Shown here: piece by piece, positions 12,391 through 25,393 of the stretch
Layout: the number at the start of each line of letters is the position of its first letter
Numbering within the stretch: position 1 is the first letter of the stretch
NCBI GenBank assembly: GCA_024679065.1
Contig: JAGIQG010000001.1
Span: 117,986,001 to 118,050,000 of the forward strand
Origin: Sphyrna mokarran
Taxonomy: Eukaryota
Length of the DNA: 64,000 nt
Direction: 5' to 3'
The notes under the pieces: model-generated
Database searches by the model: none
What the model was told of the DNA's origin: nothing
What the model saw: the letters and a program-made list of their open reading frames with translations, nothing else
Translations under genes and position numbers: made by a program

Positions 12391-12678
12391 ATTTTGTGTA
12401 CATAAATGCAATAAGCAATATGTTCACAGGGAACTCCAACAACAACCAAATTAATGATCAGCTAAGTGGTGTTTGGTGTTTGAGGGGTATATATAGACTG
12501 GGCCACCAAAGGAACACCTCAACTCTTTAAATCTCTCATGATTACCTGATCTAATCCAATAAAGAGTATTTCCAACAACAACAAGTTGCATTTACATAGT
12601 AGCTTTAACATAATAACATTTATCAAGGCATTTCACAATAGCATTATGAAGTAAAATTCCAGAGTTGAGAGCCAAGGT

Positions 12679-12935
12679 TAAAGTTTATTTATCAGTCATG
12701 AGCTTACATTAACACTGCAATGAAGTTACTGTGAAATTCCCCTAATTGCCACACTTTGGTGTCTGTTCAGATCAATGCAGCTAACCAGAATGTTTTTCAG
12801 ACTGGGAGGAAACCAGAGCACCCAGAGGAAATCCAAGCAGACATGGAGAGAGCAAGCAAACTCCATACAGACAGTGACCCAAGCCGGGAATCGAATGCGC
12901 TGAGAGGCAGCAGTACTAACCAAAGTGCCACCCAC
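12679..12935 (-). mobile_element. V-SINE with alternative 3' tail
   Basis: V-domain and tRNA-like head as in 4562-4907, but tail ...cagtgttaatgtaagc...ataaataaacttt, shared with 49757-49950. Confidence 0.8.
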
Positions 12936-15900
12936 TAAAGGCACAACCATTAGTGGTACAATGATTAAAATTAAAGATTCAGGAGAGGTCAAAATTAAAT
13001 GAGTCCAGATATTTTGGAGGCTTGTGAGGCTGGAAGCGATCCAGGCATAAAGAGGCTGAAGCTATGAGGGATTCAAAAATTCAGCTAAGAATTTTAACAT
13101 TAAGACTATTGGAAGTAAAATTTGTGGTCAAGATTTGTAAAAGCCATTCAACCTCAGGGACCATTCATCGTTTAAATGAAGTACAAAATGCAGTTTGCTA
13201 TGGGCAGTTGTACAGAAACTGACTAAATCTTACCAGCATACATATGAAGGCCAAAAGAGCTTTTCAAGCCAAAATAACCTGTTAAAAGCTTCAGGTTGTT
13301 TCGTTTGCTAATGGATTGTGATAGAAAATTGCTCTTTTAAAATATGGAATATTTAGCTAGAGGCTCAAATGTCATAAAATCCTTAAGTTGGAACCAATGA
13401 ACAGACAAGTTCAAAGCTGTGTTACTTTGGTGAAATTTTATATCTTCATAAATATACAAAGCATGTGCAGACACAGGACAGATTTTCATCTTCAGGAGAA
13501 GTAATCAGAGTTGGAAAATTTTCCTGGCTCGGCAAGCTCACTCCTGGAAAAAGTGCCTCTGAAGGGCTGGATTTCTGTTCTAAGGAAGTGAGTGCTAACT
13601 AGAGTTGAGTCTGCTGCCTTGGAAAGAGTTTGGAGACAGTTACAGAGACTGATGGGTGCCAAGGAAGGTGTGTTAAAAGACATATCTCAGTGTTCTAGGA
13701 TTTTGACCCAGTTACAATACAAACAAAAAACTGCCCTCCAGCCCTCAACCCCACACAATATCCATGTCCTTATCATGCCAACTCATGCTCCCCACCCATC
13801 TCCAGTGGTGACTGATATTCTCCATGCCAACCTTTCCCTCTTCATCCTCCCCCTGGCTTCTCATCTCGTCAATGTCAACCTATACTCCTCCACCCACATC
13901 CCCAACCTATATCCATCCCCCAAAAAAAGCATTCTTTCATAACGTTTCTGCAGAAAAATTCTTTGTACTATAGTTCTATTAAAGTAGCAATCAATCAGCC
14001 ATTTAAAGTACCAAGAGTAGAAACAGTAAGCATTTGACACCTCTATCTTGTGTAAATAAACATTGTGCGATTGAGAAACAAATCTAAGATAACCAATAAA
14101 TTTAAGTTAAAAAGCTGTCAATCAAGCAATGTTTCCATTGGGAGTAATACACTAGTTTAAACAGATTGAAGCATATCTGGGCTCTCAGTCAAGAATACAC
14201 AAAGAGGCTTAGGTTGAGCAATGTAGGTCTTACCCATGTCCTGCAAGCCAACCTTTTAAACTTACTTTTGAAAAGGTTTTGCCATCCAGACAATGGTTCA
14301 GACACCTCTGAGGGGCCATGAACCACAGCTCATTGAAAAGCTGGCCCATTTGCATGGAAACTGCAGAGTTCCAGGAAACAACTATCCCTGGAATCGAGCT
14401 GCCTAGTTCAGGAATGCAGGATTTGGCCTTGTGACCTTCACCAACCTTGTGACATTAATCCACTCTAGTGAAAATTGGGTGTGTCAGGAATGGGGCTAGG
14501 TCTTAGAATTGGGTACTATTGGCCATTTTTAAAAGTTCATGAAGTGGAAAATACAACTGGTAATACCTGGCCTGGAATGTTGTAAAGATGATAATAGGCT
14601 ATTTTAAATATTCTACAGAATGTTTTGCAAACTGGAAGTAAGTGGCACAAAGGGGCATTGACTGATGATGTTAGAGTTTGTCTTCTTTTAAAATGTAAAT
14701 AAACAAGAAGCAATATTTTTTCTTTGTTTTATCAGATGACTTTTCATTTAATTCACAAGTAATAACTTGCAAGAAGTCAATCATTTGAACAGTTAGATTA
14801 TTTAATTATCTTGGTGATCCTGAAATGTTTGTGATCAAAAAGGAACATGCTGTTGTTTATACTGATAATGATTTAAATGTATTGATAGCATGCCAGGAGG
14901 TTGATTGGGTGATCATATGTATAACTCCTTGTTACTCCTGTCACCGAAGGTGGGGATAGGTAATGTTTTCAAGCATTAATCTGTTTGTCCATTATTAACA
15001 GATCTCAAAATCAATATGGATTTCAATGAAACTTGGTACATGAACAAGGTATGGCTCAAAAAAGAGCTTAGCATTTGGCAAAGATGCCAATCCAAATCTG
15101 AATATTGAAATGTTTTAAAAGAGCTATCTGTTAACATAGAAAATAAGACTGATTGACATTCTTTGTAGAATATTTGGGGTTATTTGATTTAAAACACTAT
15201 GCACGGTTTTAGAGTGTTGTGGATTATCTGAAAGGTTTTCGTGCAATCTCTTAAATTTTGTGTTTGTTGGATATGGATTTGCTTGAAGCCTCCACAGTGA
15301 GATAAAAATTCTTAATAAAAAGATTTATTTTTTCTTGTTACAGAGAATTGACCAGGCAGGGATTAGCTTCAAGAAAGAACTGCATAACTGTAATAATGCT
15401 GAGTCAACACAGTGTGGTGGGTGTATATGCTGTACTGAGTATCCTCTCTACTTGTCAGGTATTTGTAACTAACTGGTATAATGCTAATCAGTGTACTGTA
15501 TTGTTAACTATGTACTCATAATAAACCTAATATGATTTATGATTAATCTGGGTTTTGAGTATTTTCAATGGGATGGAATTTAATGCCCCTTCTCCAGAGA
15601 CAAATTCTGAGATGCCATGCAATTGGGCAAGAGGGAGTTGGGGGGAGATCCTGCCATCTTCCCGCCTTCTCCAGATTAAGTCCAGGGTGGGCGGTCCTCC
15701 TGCCCAAAGGCCAATTATGAATTTAAATGGACACTTAAGGCCCTCATTGTGTCACATTTGTTATCAACCAGTGACAAGCAGGTCACCCAAAAAACCTTGC
15801 TGGGTTTCTCTGCAGCCTTCTAGGGGAAGGCCCCTTATTCAAACATTAATTGACAGATAAGAAACCCAACACTGAAAAGTTGGAGGCTGTAGAAAGCCAG

Positions 15901-16435
15901 CCCGTTGCCTTTGCTGTTGACTTTTCTCTGCCAGCCAGAGCCATTCTCTGGGAACACCATCCTTCCCAAGAACCCCTTCCTTCCCCACTGACAGCCATCT
16001 CCGATCTTCCAGATAGGCACCAGTCAATCTTTGCAGTTGGCACTATTGGTATTGCATGGCCTCTGATTGTTTAGCAGTCACTGGGGGCAGGTTTTCTGCC
16101 TTAATTCAATGGGAGGCTACATTATAGTACCTGGCCTCCTGTGGAAAAATATTGGTGGGTTGAACTTACATCTCTGCCACTAGATTCTGACCACTATATC
16201 TCATAATTCTCATGTCCAAGAAGAGTAACCTGCCTAGAGTAGAGGTCACATCTAACAACATATTACTTGACTAGGAGCCAATGTATGTCAATGAGCAGCA
16301 GGATGATTGGTGAACAAGATTTGGTGCAAGTCAGGACCCAAACAGCAGAATTTTTAAATGCCTTAAACTTAGGAGGGGACAAATCAGCCAAAATGCATTG
16401 GAATAGTGAAGTCAAAATGGTGGCACAGGGGTTAG

Positions 16436-16690
16436 GGGGTGGCACAATGGTTCGCACTGCTGCCTCACAGCACCAGGGACTGGGTTCAATTGTGAACTTG
16501 CATTATCATGCGGACTTTGCATGTTCTCCCTGTGTCAGTGCTGGTTTCCTCCCACAGTACAAACTTGTGCAGATTAAATGGATTAGTGCAAGATTACAGA
16601 GATAGGGTGGAGGGATGCTGTTATGGACAGTGGGTGCAGACTCAATGGGCCAAATGCCTTCTTTTGTCTCTGGAGGTTTCTATGGTTCTA
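16436..16690 (+). mobile_element. Degenerate V-SINE adjacent to a minus-strand L2 remnant (about 16225-16435)
   Basis: ggtggcacaatggttcgcactgctgcctcacagc head, tttgcatgttctccctgtgtc V-domain, ttctatggttcta tail. The flanking ORF KNSAVWVLTCTKSCSPI..IHWL is L2-like. Confidence 0.7.
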
Positions 16691-18901
16691 GTAACAAAGA
16701 TAACGAACAGAGTTTTCCTTTTTTTTCTGGCAGAGTGGTGCAGCGGGTGGGAAAAACGGTGAGGAAATCATCAACAGCCTTCTCGTGACTTTGAAATTTT
16801 TAAGATTTCAGAGAAAGCCATCCTGTTACTATGTTGTCAATTCTCCAGGCCAACAAACAACCTTCTGAAAGTAATTTAACTCCTTTGCATCTGCTCCCAA
16901 TTCTTAAAGGGTTTGGAATTAGGCAAATATGCCAAATTCTAATTTTGGAGTAAGTTGATTGTCAAGGAATGAAGCTGAAGAATAAAGCCAACAGAACAAG
17001 CAATATTGGAAGCCTTGTGGCTCCAAATACAAGGCTTAACACAAGGTGCACAAATAATCAAGTGGCTATCCCACAGGATAGGCCACCTTTGTGGATCACA
17101 CTCATCTCCCCCTCTGTCACCACCCACTTAATTCCATGAGCATTCTGTGCTGTGCGACTGGCTTTGTGACACTGGTTCACAGAGAAGCCAGAATTGCTTC
17201 CGATGAAATATCAGTGAGATCATGGTCATCCTGTTTTGTTCATACCCTGTGGATAATATTGGAATAGTTTAGATCACAGGGTCATTAGATTGGTTCCACT
17301 GGTCAGTGCAACATTGAGGGCCAAATAGCCTGTACTATGCTGTAATGTTCTATGTTGTGTCTTCTGTTTGATTCTTTCCAACTGTTCACTCAGCTGACAT
17401 TCAACAATTGAAATAACCTTGGTATCCTATTGAATTCTAAGCATCCAAATCCAGCCTGTCATCCATTTGGCCTATGCTGTCTCTACTAGTGTTCACCTCC
17501 ACCTCCAATCTCACTCCCATCACCATTGAAATCTTCATCATTGCTTTTGCCAGTTCCAGACTCAATGGGTGGAATTTACCCAAGCCTCTTTGCTGAGTTC
17601 AATGGAGGGCATCTGTTGTATCATTTGGCTTCATAGCTGACAAAAGTGAAGGGGTGGGTCCCATGATGTAATGAACTGAGCCCTGCTAGCAATTTAGTCT
17701 TCAGTGCCACTTATAAAGATTAATTTATAGTAATCTCCATGCAGCAATAATCATTTCCCTACCAGTGCGGGGGGAAATGCCATGCATGACCTTTTCCCCC
17801 TCTCATCTGAACTCCTTTGATGGCTTCCGCTCACCAAGTGCATGCCATAGGAAACCTGTCATAATTCAAGTTGGTATGCCCTCATGCTGACATGAATGGA
17901 TTGTGTAACAGGGGTATTATTAAATGTAGAGGCCTGAGATAAAGATTTTTTTTCCAGTTTTCCATTTGCCACAAAACGTAGCAAATTCCCAAAATCTAGT
18001 AGAGTAGTGACCATTGTTCCATATAAACATTCAGAAAAGACCCACAAGCAAACATTCATATAAATGATTCCAATTATTTACCATTACAATTGTTGATATT
18101 GGCACCTCCTCTTATATTGATAAAGAAAAGATACAAAGGAGAATGGGGGATTTCACAAAGATATAAACAGAGCACATGGTCTCATGGTGCACAGTCTCTT
18201 CCACAGGAAAAGACACAGAATACACAATACATGGGATCCCTTGTTGTGCAATAAACCAGGGCCTAATTCAATATCCCCCGAACCTCCAAACAATAAAAGA
18301 ATAACCCAGAAAAAGGCAAACCTCAGAATACCGCCATTGGTACAAAACATGGTGTACGTGCTCTTATACAGAAACCATTAAGCCGGGGATTCATGTGCCT
18401 TATCCGGGCTTGCAGCAATCCAAACCTCCCTCCTCTCCAGTCTTATCAAAGGCACTGATGAGGCTCCCATAACCAGAAAACCTAAACCAGTTTCACCAAG
18501 AAAACCCCTCTAACAAGAAGACAAATTGCAAGACACCCATCAACAGGCTATCTAGGGGAGATATGTGGCCCTCCTCCTCCCAAAAAGAGAAAGGAAACCC
18601 TCCATGATTAACTATGACAAATCCAAGTCTATTTAGACACCTCATTCACCTTGATGAACAAAGAAAGCTCAAGAGAGTGAGGAGCATTAGAATTATCGAA
18701 CAAACACCAGATACAGTTTTTCAGCATATATTTTCACAGGAAGGACACCAGGAACACAATGGCATAACCTCACAAAGAACAGGACACTGTCTCCCATCGT
18801 CTCTCTCTCTCTTTCTCCTCCTCCTCCTCGTCTCCTCTCTCTCCACTCTCCCCCCGCCTGCATGAGGAACCCAAACCTAGAAGTCTGACATAGTGAATGT
18901 C

Positions 18902-18987
18902 ATGATGTGAAGATGCCTGCATTGGATTGGGGTAAACACAGTAAGAAGTCTCAGAAGTTAAATCTGGTGTTGTGAGACTTCATACTG
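18902..18987. mobile_element. Short Penelope-like fragment with inverted terminal segment
   Basis: Same family as 38614-38720 (gatgtg.agatgcc.gc.ttgga.tggggtaaaca.agtaagaagtct). Ends in an inverted copy of its own sequence. The Penelope assignment is from recollection of shark repeats. Confidence 0.5.
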
Positions 18988-21201
18988 AAAGTCTCCACAT
19001 AAGACCGCTTGAAGGAGGAAATCTACTTTTTGAATCAGTTTAATCGCCAACAAAGGAGACTCACAACACTGAACAAAAGCCACCAGAATCACACTCAGAC
19101 CCACAACAAACAGCATATTACATTCCAGGGGAACCAAGTCTCAGGAGAGATACAGCAAGCAATCGGGAAGCTCCCAAAAATGGACATCTTGTGGGGGAGT
19201 AACCCACTCTCCTGTCTGACATACCTGCCACCTGACTCACATAAACAGTTACGACTGCCCCCACCTACTCAATGACACAGTAAAATAAAAGTCAACAAGC
19301 TGAGAATACTCACATCACTCTGATAGATTGAACAAAGCAAACTACCTCTCTCAACTATTTTTCCCAAAAGTGCCATTTAAGCCCTGTTATCAATGAGATT
19401 CAACCCATTTTCTCCCATCAGAGGAACCTCCAACAAGTGGATAATTTGCCCACTATCCCTTCCATAAGCCAAGTAATTAAATAACCATTGCTGCCACTAC
19501 TCATGCAGCATAAATTCCCCAATCCAAACAACACCAACGACACCAATGACAAAAAAAAAGTCCAATCTTCTCCAGGATACGTGACCACTCTACACTTTCT
19601 CAGGAAACAAGCAAGGATTGCCTAATCCCAAGATAAATATGCAAAAGAAAAATGCGACCCCAATTGTCCCAATGGGGGATTTTCATTGGGACATGAATTG
19701 GGACCTACAACAAAAACTTATAAGACTGTTTCAACCATTTCTACAAACTACTAGCTATGGTGCAACACAACTTAACCAAAAAATAGAGTAAAAGGTATTA
19801 AAAGGTGTACTCCCTCAGTGTAAATGCAAGGATTACAACACATAAAAAGACAAAATGAAGCAGATAAATAAATACCACAAAATCTTCACATCATGCAACT
19901 AAATCCCTATACTCACCAGTGGAAAGAAGACTCACAAACAATTAAAGTAAGGGCTTCCTTGTTCCACTGTCGGTGCACACTGGTGATAAAATGTAAACTT
20001 TCTTGTAATGGCTTCCCCGTGTTAGACATTAGGATTCTCAGTAAGTCATGAGAGGGGATAAGGCCAATCTCAACAGGAAATTCCACCGGTGTTTTGTGTC
20101 TCGCAGGATTTTCTGCATCTGGTTCTGATCCTTCCCACCAAAAATGGGATCAGAAAACTCACTCATTATTTTATTTGTATGGATGAGGAAGCAGTTCAAT
20201 TTTGAGGTTAAAATTCTATAAAATGACTTCAGCTGCTGCAGTGTAAATGGCTGTGGTGCTAACAGGGCAGAACTTCATTAAGGCTGATTTGGGTGATCAC
20301 AATCATCATGCTGTTTCTCATATTCCATTTGTAGAATAAGTGGCCACACCTTCCATGGCCTATCCTCAAGCGATTGTGGGTTCCCCACATTTTCAGTGGA
20401 AGGTTGAAACCTGGCACTTCACCACTGGGGTCACCTAATTGCTATTCAAGAAGTTTGCAGTCAGTCAAGAGGTGTGCCATCGAAAGTGTTGGGTATGGAG
20501 TGTGTTCCAACAGAGACTAATGTATTTCATATGAGTTTATGGATTTTAATTTGAGGCTCTGTGTCAGTGCTTTATTAGCTATCAGCTGGTGGTGTACTCT
20601 GAGGAGAGTATAGACCAGGGCAAGTGAAATAGTGCACGGTGTTACCTCTAATGTCCCAGATGGTTACTACCATTTCCAGATAGATTCACTCCCATCATCT
20701 TGGTTCTGATGCTCTGGGAGTGTTGCTTCTAGATCAATGTCCAGTTAAAAGTGATGCCAAACTCTGTTGGCATTAGGTCATGACTGAGTAATCAGTCACA
20801 GAATTCAACGTGAAGTTTTTCCCTGGCTTTTGAGTTATACAGCTGGAAGGCCAAAACGATGGGCATGACAGTGTTTAGTTTAAGTCTCCAATTTCTGAAG
20901 TTCTTTAGGCTGGAAAGCCAGGGCTAAGTCTTCAGAAAATGCAAAGAATCATGAATTTGTGCAAGGGAAGTTACTAGTGTACATGTTGAAGACAGCTAGT
21001 GTGAGGTCATATCCATTTGAGAGCTCATTGATGGACAGGTGTGGGCAGCTGATTTGGCCTCCAAAATGCATAAGGTACAGTCATTGCTGACGTTGAAATT
21101 AATTATTGTAGGATTTTCATACAGTAGATGACTTCAGAAAATCTTATCAGCACTGCACCATAAGCACAGAATAAGTCAACAAATTCTTTTCAGAAATTGC
21201 C

Positions 21202-21482
21202 TTACTAATATCCGTGAATTGGCATCATTCCAAACATCTAGTACGAAACCAAGAGACCTGTTGGAAACAGTTGCAACCTACACAAAAACCTGCCTTTGAA
21301 GGAGCACAACTACTTCAAGGGTGGGACTAGGGCTGTTTAGCAGGAGATCTTATATGGAGTGAGAGCAGATCAATTTGGCAGTAACTGCATGGGTCATCGA
21401 ATGGGTTTCCTGCCTTGGTGATGGCTACTATCTTGGTTTAGTACTAGATGTTTGGAATGGTGCTGATTCACAGATATAGTAA
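21202..21482. mobile_element. MITE-like element with ~55-bp imperfect terminal inverted repeats
   Basis: Left arm ttactaatatccgtgaattggcatcattccaaacatctagtacgaaaccaagaga versus reverse complement of right arm ttactatatctgtgaatcagcaccattccaaacatctagtactaaaccaagata. Confidence 0.75.
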
Positions 21483-21589
21483 ACAGCTTTGCCAGCCACT
21501 TCCTTCCAATGTTCTTCAGGAATTCTGGACAATTCCCATTTATTCCTAGTAAAGACATGAAAGAGAGTTTCAGCAGAAAATGAACTGAA

Positions 21590-22250
21590 TCAACAACATT
21601 GGAGGTGGCATTTAGTGATCCATCTTGGGGTCAAATATGAAACCAAGGATTGTGAACAGTCTGGTTCAACCTTGGACAGATACCAGGAGAAGGACTGAAT
21701 TGGTAGCTGGGGAAGGGAATTTGAGTAAGGACTGAACACAATAACCTTAATTCTCTCAATAAATTAGTTAGAGGAAATTTCTGCTCATTCAGTAATGGTT
21801 GCCGGACAAGCACTGTGAAAAATTCAAGAAAGTGGAGGAACTGAAAGAGTTATGGTTGCGTAGACAGAGTGTCCAGCATATATGTGAAAACTAATGCTGG
21901 ATGATGTTGCAGAGTGGCAGTATTTAGATGAGAAATAGAAGGGAGCCTAGCAATAAACCCTTGGCGGTCACCAGAAGGAATGATGGAGGAGCACATAGCA
22001 AAACCATTGCAAGTTATAGTTATCATTAGATGGATAAGAATGGAACCAGTTGAGTGTCATCTCTACCTGCTAGACAACAATGGAAAGGCAATGGAGTAAG
22101 ATGGTGTGGTCAACCTTGTCAAAAACTGCAGATAGGTTGGAGAAGGATGAGGAAGAACAGCTTACCTTTGTCACAGTCACGTGGGATATTTGTGATTTTG
22201 ATGAAAGTAATTTTGGTACTAAGTGATTCAACGAAATTTATAACATGGAA
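21590..22250 (-). mobile_element. L2-type LINE RT fragment
   Basis: Minus-strand ..PRLNQTVHN.. peptide and similarity to the plus-strand L2 at 53090-53970. Confidence 0.6.
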
Positions 22251-22439
22251 TAAGCTGTTTGAGCCATTGTTTCTGTGCTGACCAAGAAAGAGCTATCCAG
22301 CTTTAACCACTTTTCAGCTTTTGGCTTACAGTCTTGAAGGTTACAGCATTTCAACACCTCTCAGCCTCCTCTGTTCCAAAGAAACCTTGCACTTCAAGTT
22401 TTCTTTGTTCCTCTACACTTCAGTATTTTCTCGCCTTAG

Positions 22440-23950
22440 TTTCCCTTGCCAAATGCATTATTTTACACCTCTCCAGATTTAAATCCAGTTGTCACTTTGC
22501 TATGCATTTGCCCAAAGCATTGATATCTCCCTCCAGTCTACAGCTTTCTTCCCCATGCATCATCCGCAAACTTCTTAATTATACCTCCTACTTTCAAATC
22601 TAAAACATTTTATGTATTAGGAAAAGCAAGGGACCTAATGCTGATCCCTTTGAAATACACCTGAAACAGCCTTGAAGTCAATAAAACAGCAGTTGATCAT
22701 TATCCTTTGTTCCCTGCCACATTTGGAACCAATTCTGAACTCAGCATGCCATTTTCCTTTGAAGCTAATAGGCTTTTACTTTCCTGACTAGTCTGCTATG
22801 GAGACAAAGGCAAAACCCTTGCTACAATACATACCGATTACTTCAAATGTGTTCTCACAACCTCCTTTGTTACTTCCTCAAAAAAAGTCAGTTAATTTAT
22901 TCAGTCCATAGCTTCCTTTAACAATCTATACTGACAATCCCTGATGAATCTGCGGCTTTCTAAATGATTAATAAAGTCCCTCAGAATATTTTCAAATAAT
23001 TTTCCTCCTATATAGTTTAGGCTGATGGGCTTGCAATTAGTCAGTCTATCCCCCGCTCCTGTTTTAAACAATGATATAACTTTAGCAGTCCTGTAATCCA
23101 TCACACCTGTAGCCAAAGGCAATTGGATTATGATAATCAGAACTCCATTATTTCCTTTCTTGCTTCTCTTAACAGCTTGGAATCCATTTCACCTGAGCTT
23201 CATAAATTATCTCCTTTCTAAGATGATAAACCCCTCAATAATTTTTCCTCTTGTTCTGTTTATAACATCTAATATTTCACATTCCTCTGCATTTGTGAAC
23301 ACTCGCACATACTGTCTTCACACACAGGTTACATTGTTGGTGTCCAATAGACCTTGCTTTTTGCTTCGTTATCTTCTATATTCATAGCACATTTTTGCTT
23401 TGATTTAGTTGTAAATAATTTTCCATGTCCATGCTTTGCTTTTTGAAATTCAGTTTTAAGTTTATCCCTACATTTTCGATTTTCCTTTTACGTTTCTCCA
23501 GTTTTGAGTTTTCAGTATCTGATAAGTCTCCCTTTATTACCTTATCCTACCCATATGATTCTTGACATCCAGAGAGTTCTGGATTTGTGAGAGTCATTTA
23601 TCTTACTTTCTATGTATTTTTTTGACCCATCACTTTCTGCTCCTTGAATGCTTCCCAATTCCTTTAATACAGCTTTACTTCAAGTTGCTATTTCCAGTCA
23701 TCTGGAGTAGCTGCTTCCACTGAATCTTAACTTAGTAAATTTTTTTTTCTCCAATTTCAAACTTTTACTCTTGATCCATTTCTGTCTTTTTCCATAATTA
23801 CGTTAATGCTATTTGAATTATGATTTACACAAAATTGCTGTCCACTGATATCCCTTCTGTTGACGCACCTTCATCCCAAAAACTTAATCAAGAACTGTTG
23901 CATATCTTGTTGGCCTGTTGTGTACAGACTAAAAAGGTTCGCCTGAATGC
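22440..23950 (-). mobile_element. Old CR1 LINE fragment
   Basis: ORF 22901..23122 DYRTAKVISLFK..NCKPISL..GKLFENILRD is a degenerate form of the CR1 motif DWRxANVxPLFKKG..NYRPVSL..GKLLE. Confidence 0.75.
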
Positions 23951-25248
23951 AATCTCTGTATCTTTAACCTGATTCTACTCCCATTAATAAGTGTAGTTCA
24001 AATCACCTACTAGTACTGCTCTATTGCTATTATACACTAGTGGGACTTGTATGCCACTATTTATGATAGTTAATTCTGCAGTAGGTCATGGCCTTCACTT
24101 GTATGCTGGTCAGTCCATGGTACAGAAGCCTAAAAATAGTTCATCAGTGCACTAGCCAGAATTAACATTAATCTTAGTTGAATTCACAGACATTTAGCAG
24201 CAGCTACTAATGTCAGAACATCTGAAAGCCTAACCAAATTCCCAATACTGTAATTTTCAATATATATTCAAAGATATACAACTTTAAATATATGAAGTGA
24301 GGTGAAACTATTCACAACCTTGGTATTATATTTGTCTCTGAGATAAGTTTCGGGTCACACTTTTTTAGGACATTTTACTATTATTAAAGGCACTAATATA
24401 AATGCACATTATCATTGTTGTGGATTCATTAGAGGTGAAAACTGGCTGATTTTTCCTTTCCCTCCCTCAAGAGTACTGGGATCAATTGCAGTAATCAGGA
24501 CTACTAGCTTAGATGAGACAGGCCAACACAGTACAGCCTGCATATCAAACCCTGACACTCCTTCTCTGTGTGGTTGATTATCCAACTATCTCTTGCACTT
24601 TTCAATTTAGCCATTGGAGAAGGAAGCACAGTAAATTTTTGTCAATTAATAAGCAGCATCCCTCTCTTTACAATGATGAGGTGACAAATAATCAAAAATT
24701 AAATGAGAGCTATGCTGGGGTTTCATTTATTTTAAGTAACATTTAAGTAAAATGCAGAGGCAAGGATTATAATTAGATAAAGAAATGAGATTAATAAGAT
24801 TAAGGAACTGATGATAAATTTGATACTATGGCTTATTACTCACAATTAGAGAAAATAATACAAAAATAGAATCAACGGGTGGCATATTAATAAACCTTCC
24901 CAATATCACAAATGAAAATCAGTAGTTGGTATGAAAACAAATGAAATGCATATTTTAAGAGCCCATTATTGCTCCGCGATTAGTAAAACCTCCTGAGATG
25001 CAGTTTAGGCCTGTTTGGGTAGCCTGATACTCCTGAAACTTGGCTTGGAATTCTTCAAAGCTTAAGAAAGATTATAATGTTTCACCTACACACAACTGTC
25101 AAAAATTACTAGCTTCCTGGAAGGTAAAGCACAGTGCACTCCACAAATAATTGAGACTAAAATTTATCTTAGTCAATGAGAATACTACATTTTAAACATC
25201 AGCTATAGCAGATTGCAAATCGAGCTTACAAAAACTGAGCACTTTTAC

Positions 25249-25393
25249 CTGTCTGAGCGCCCTCCAAGGTGTCCTATTCCTCTATACATCATATTGTCCA
25301 GGTATCGACTGCTGGGTAGAGAGTCGTCTCCAAGTTCTTTCAAGTCCTCTGGTCTAAGGTATTCTCCTCCATCACCTGTCATTGTATCATCTC
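25249..25393 (-). CDS. ANK2: ANK2 exon, 145 nt, linker ((G)[48 protein letters not shown])
   Basis: Manual translation. Acceptor ctcttgctcccaag (tandem AAG/GAG), donor CAG|gtaaaa, phase 1-2, matching both neighbours. Confidence 0.95.
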
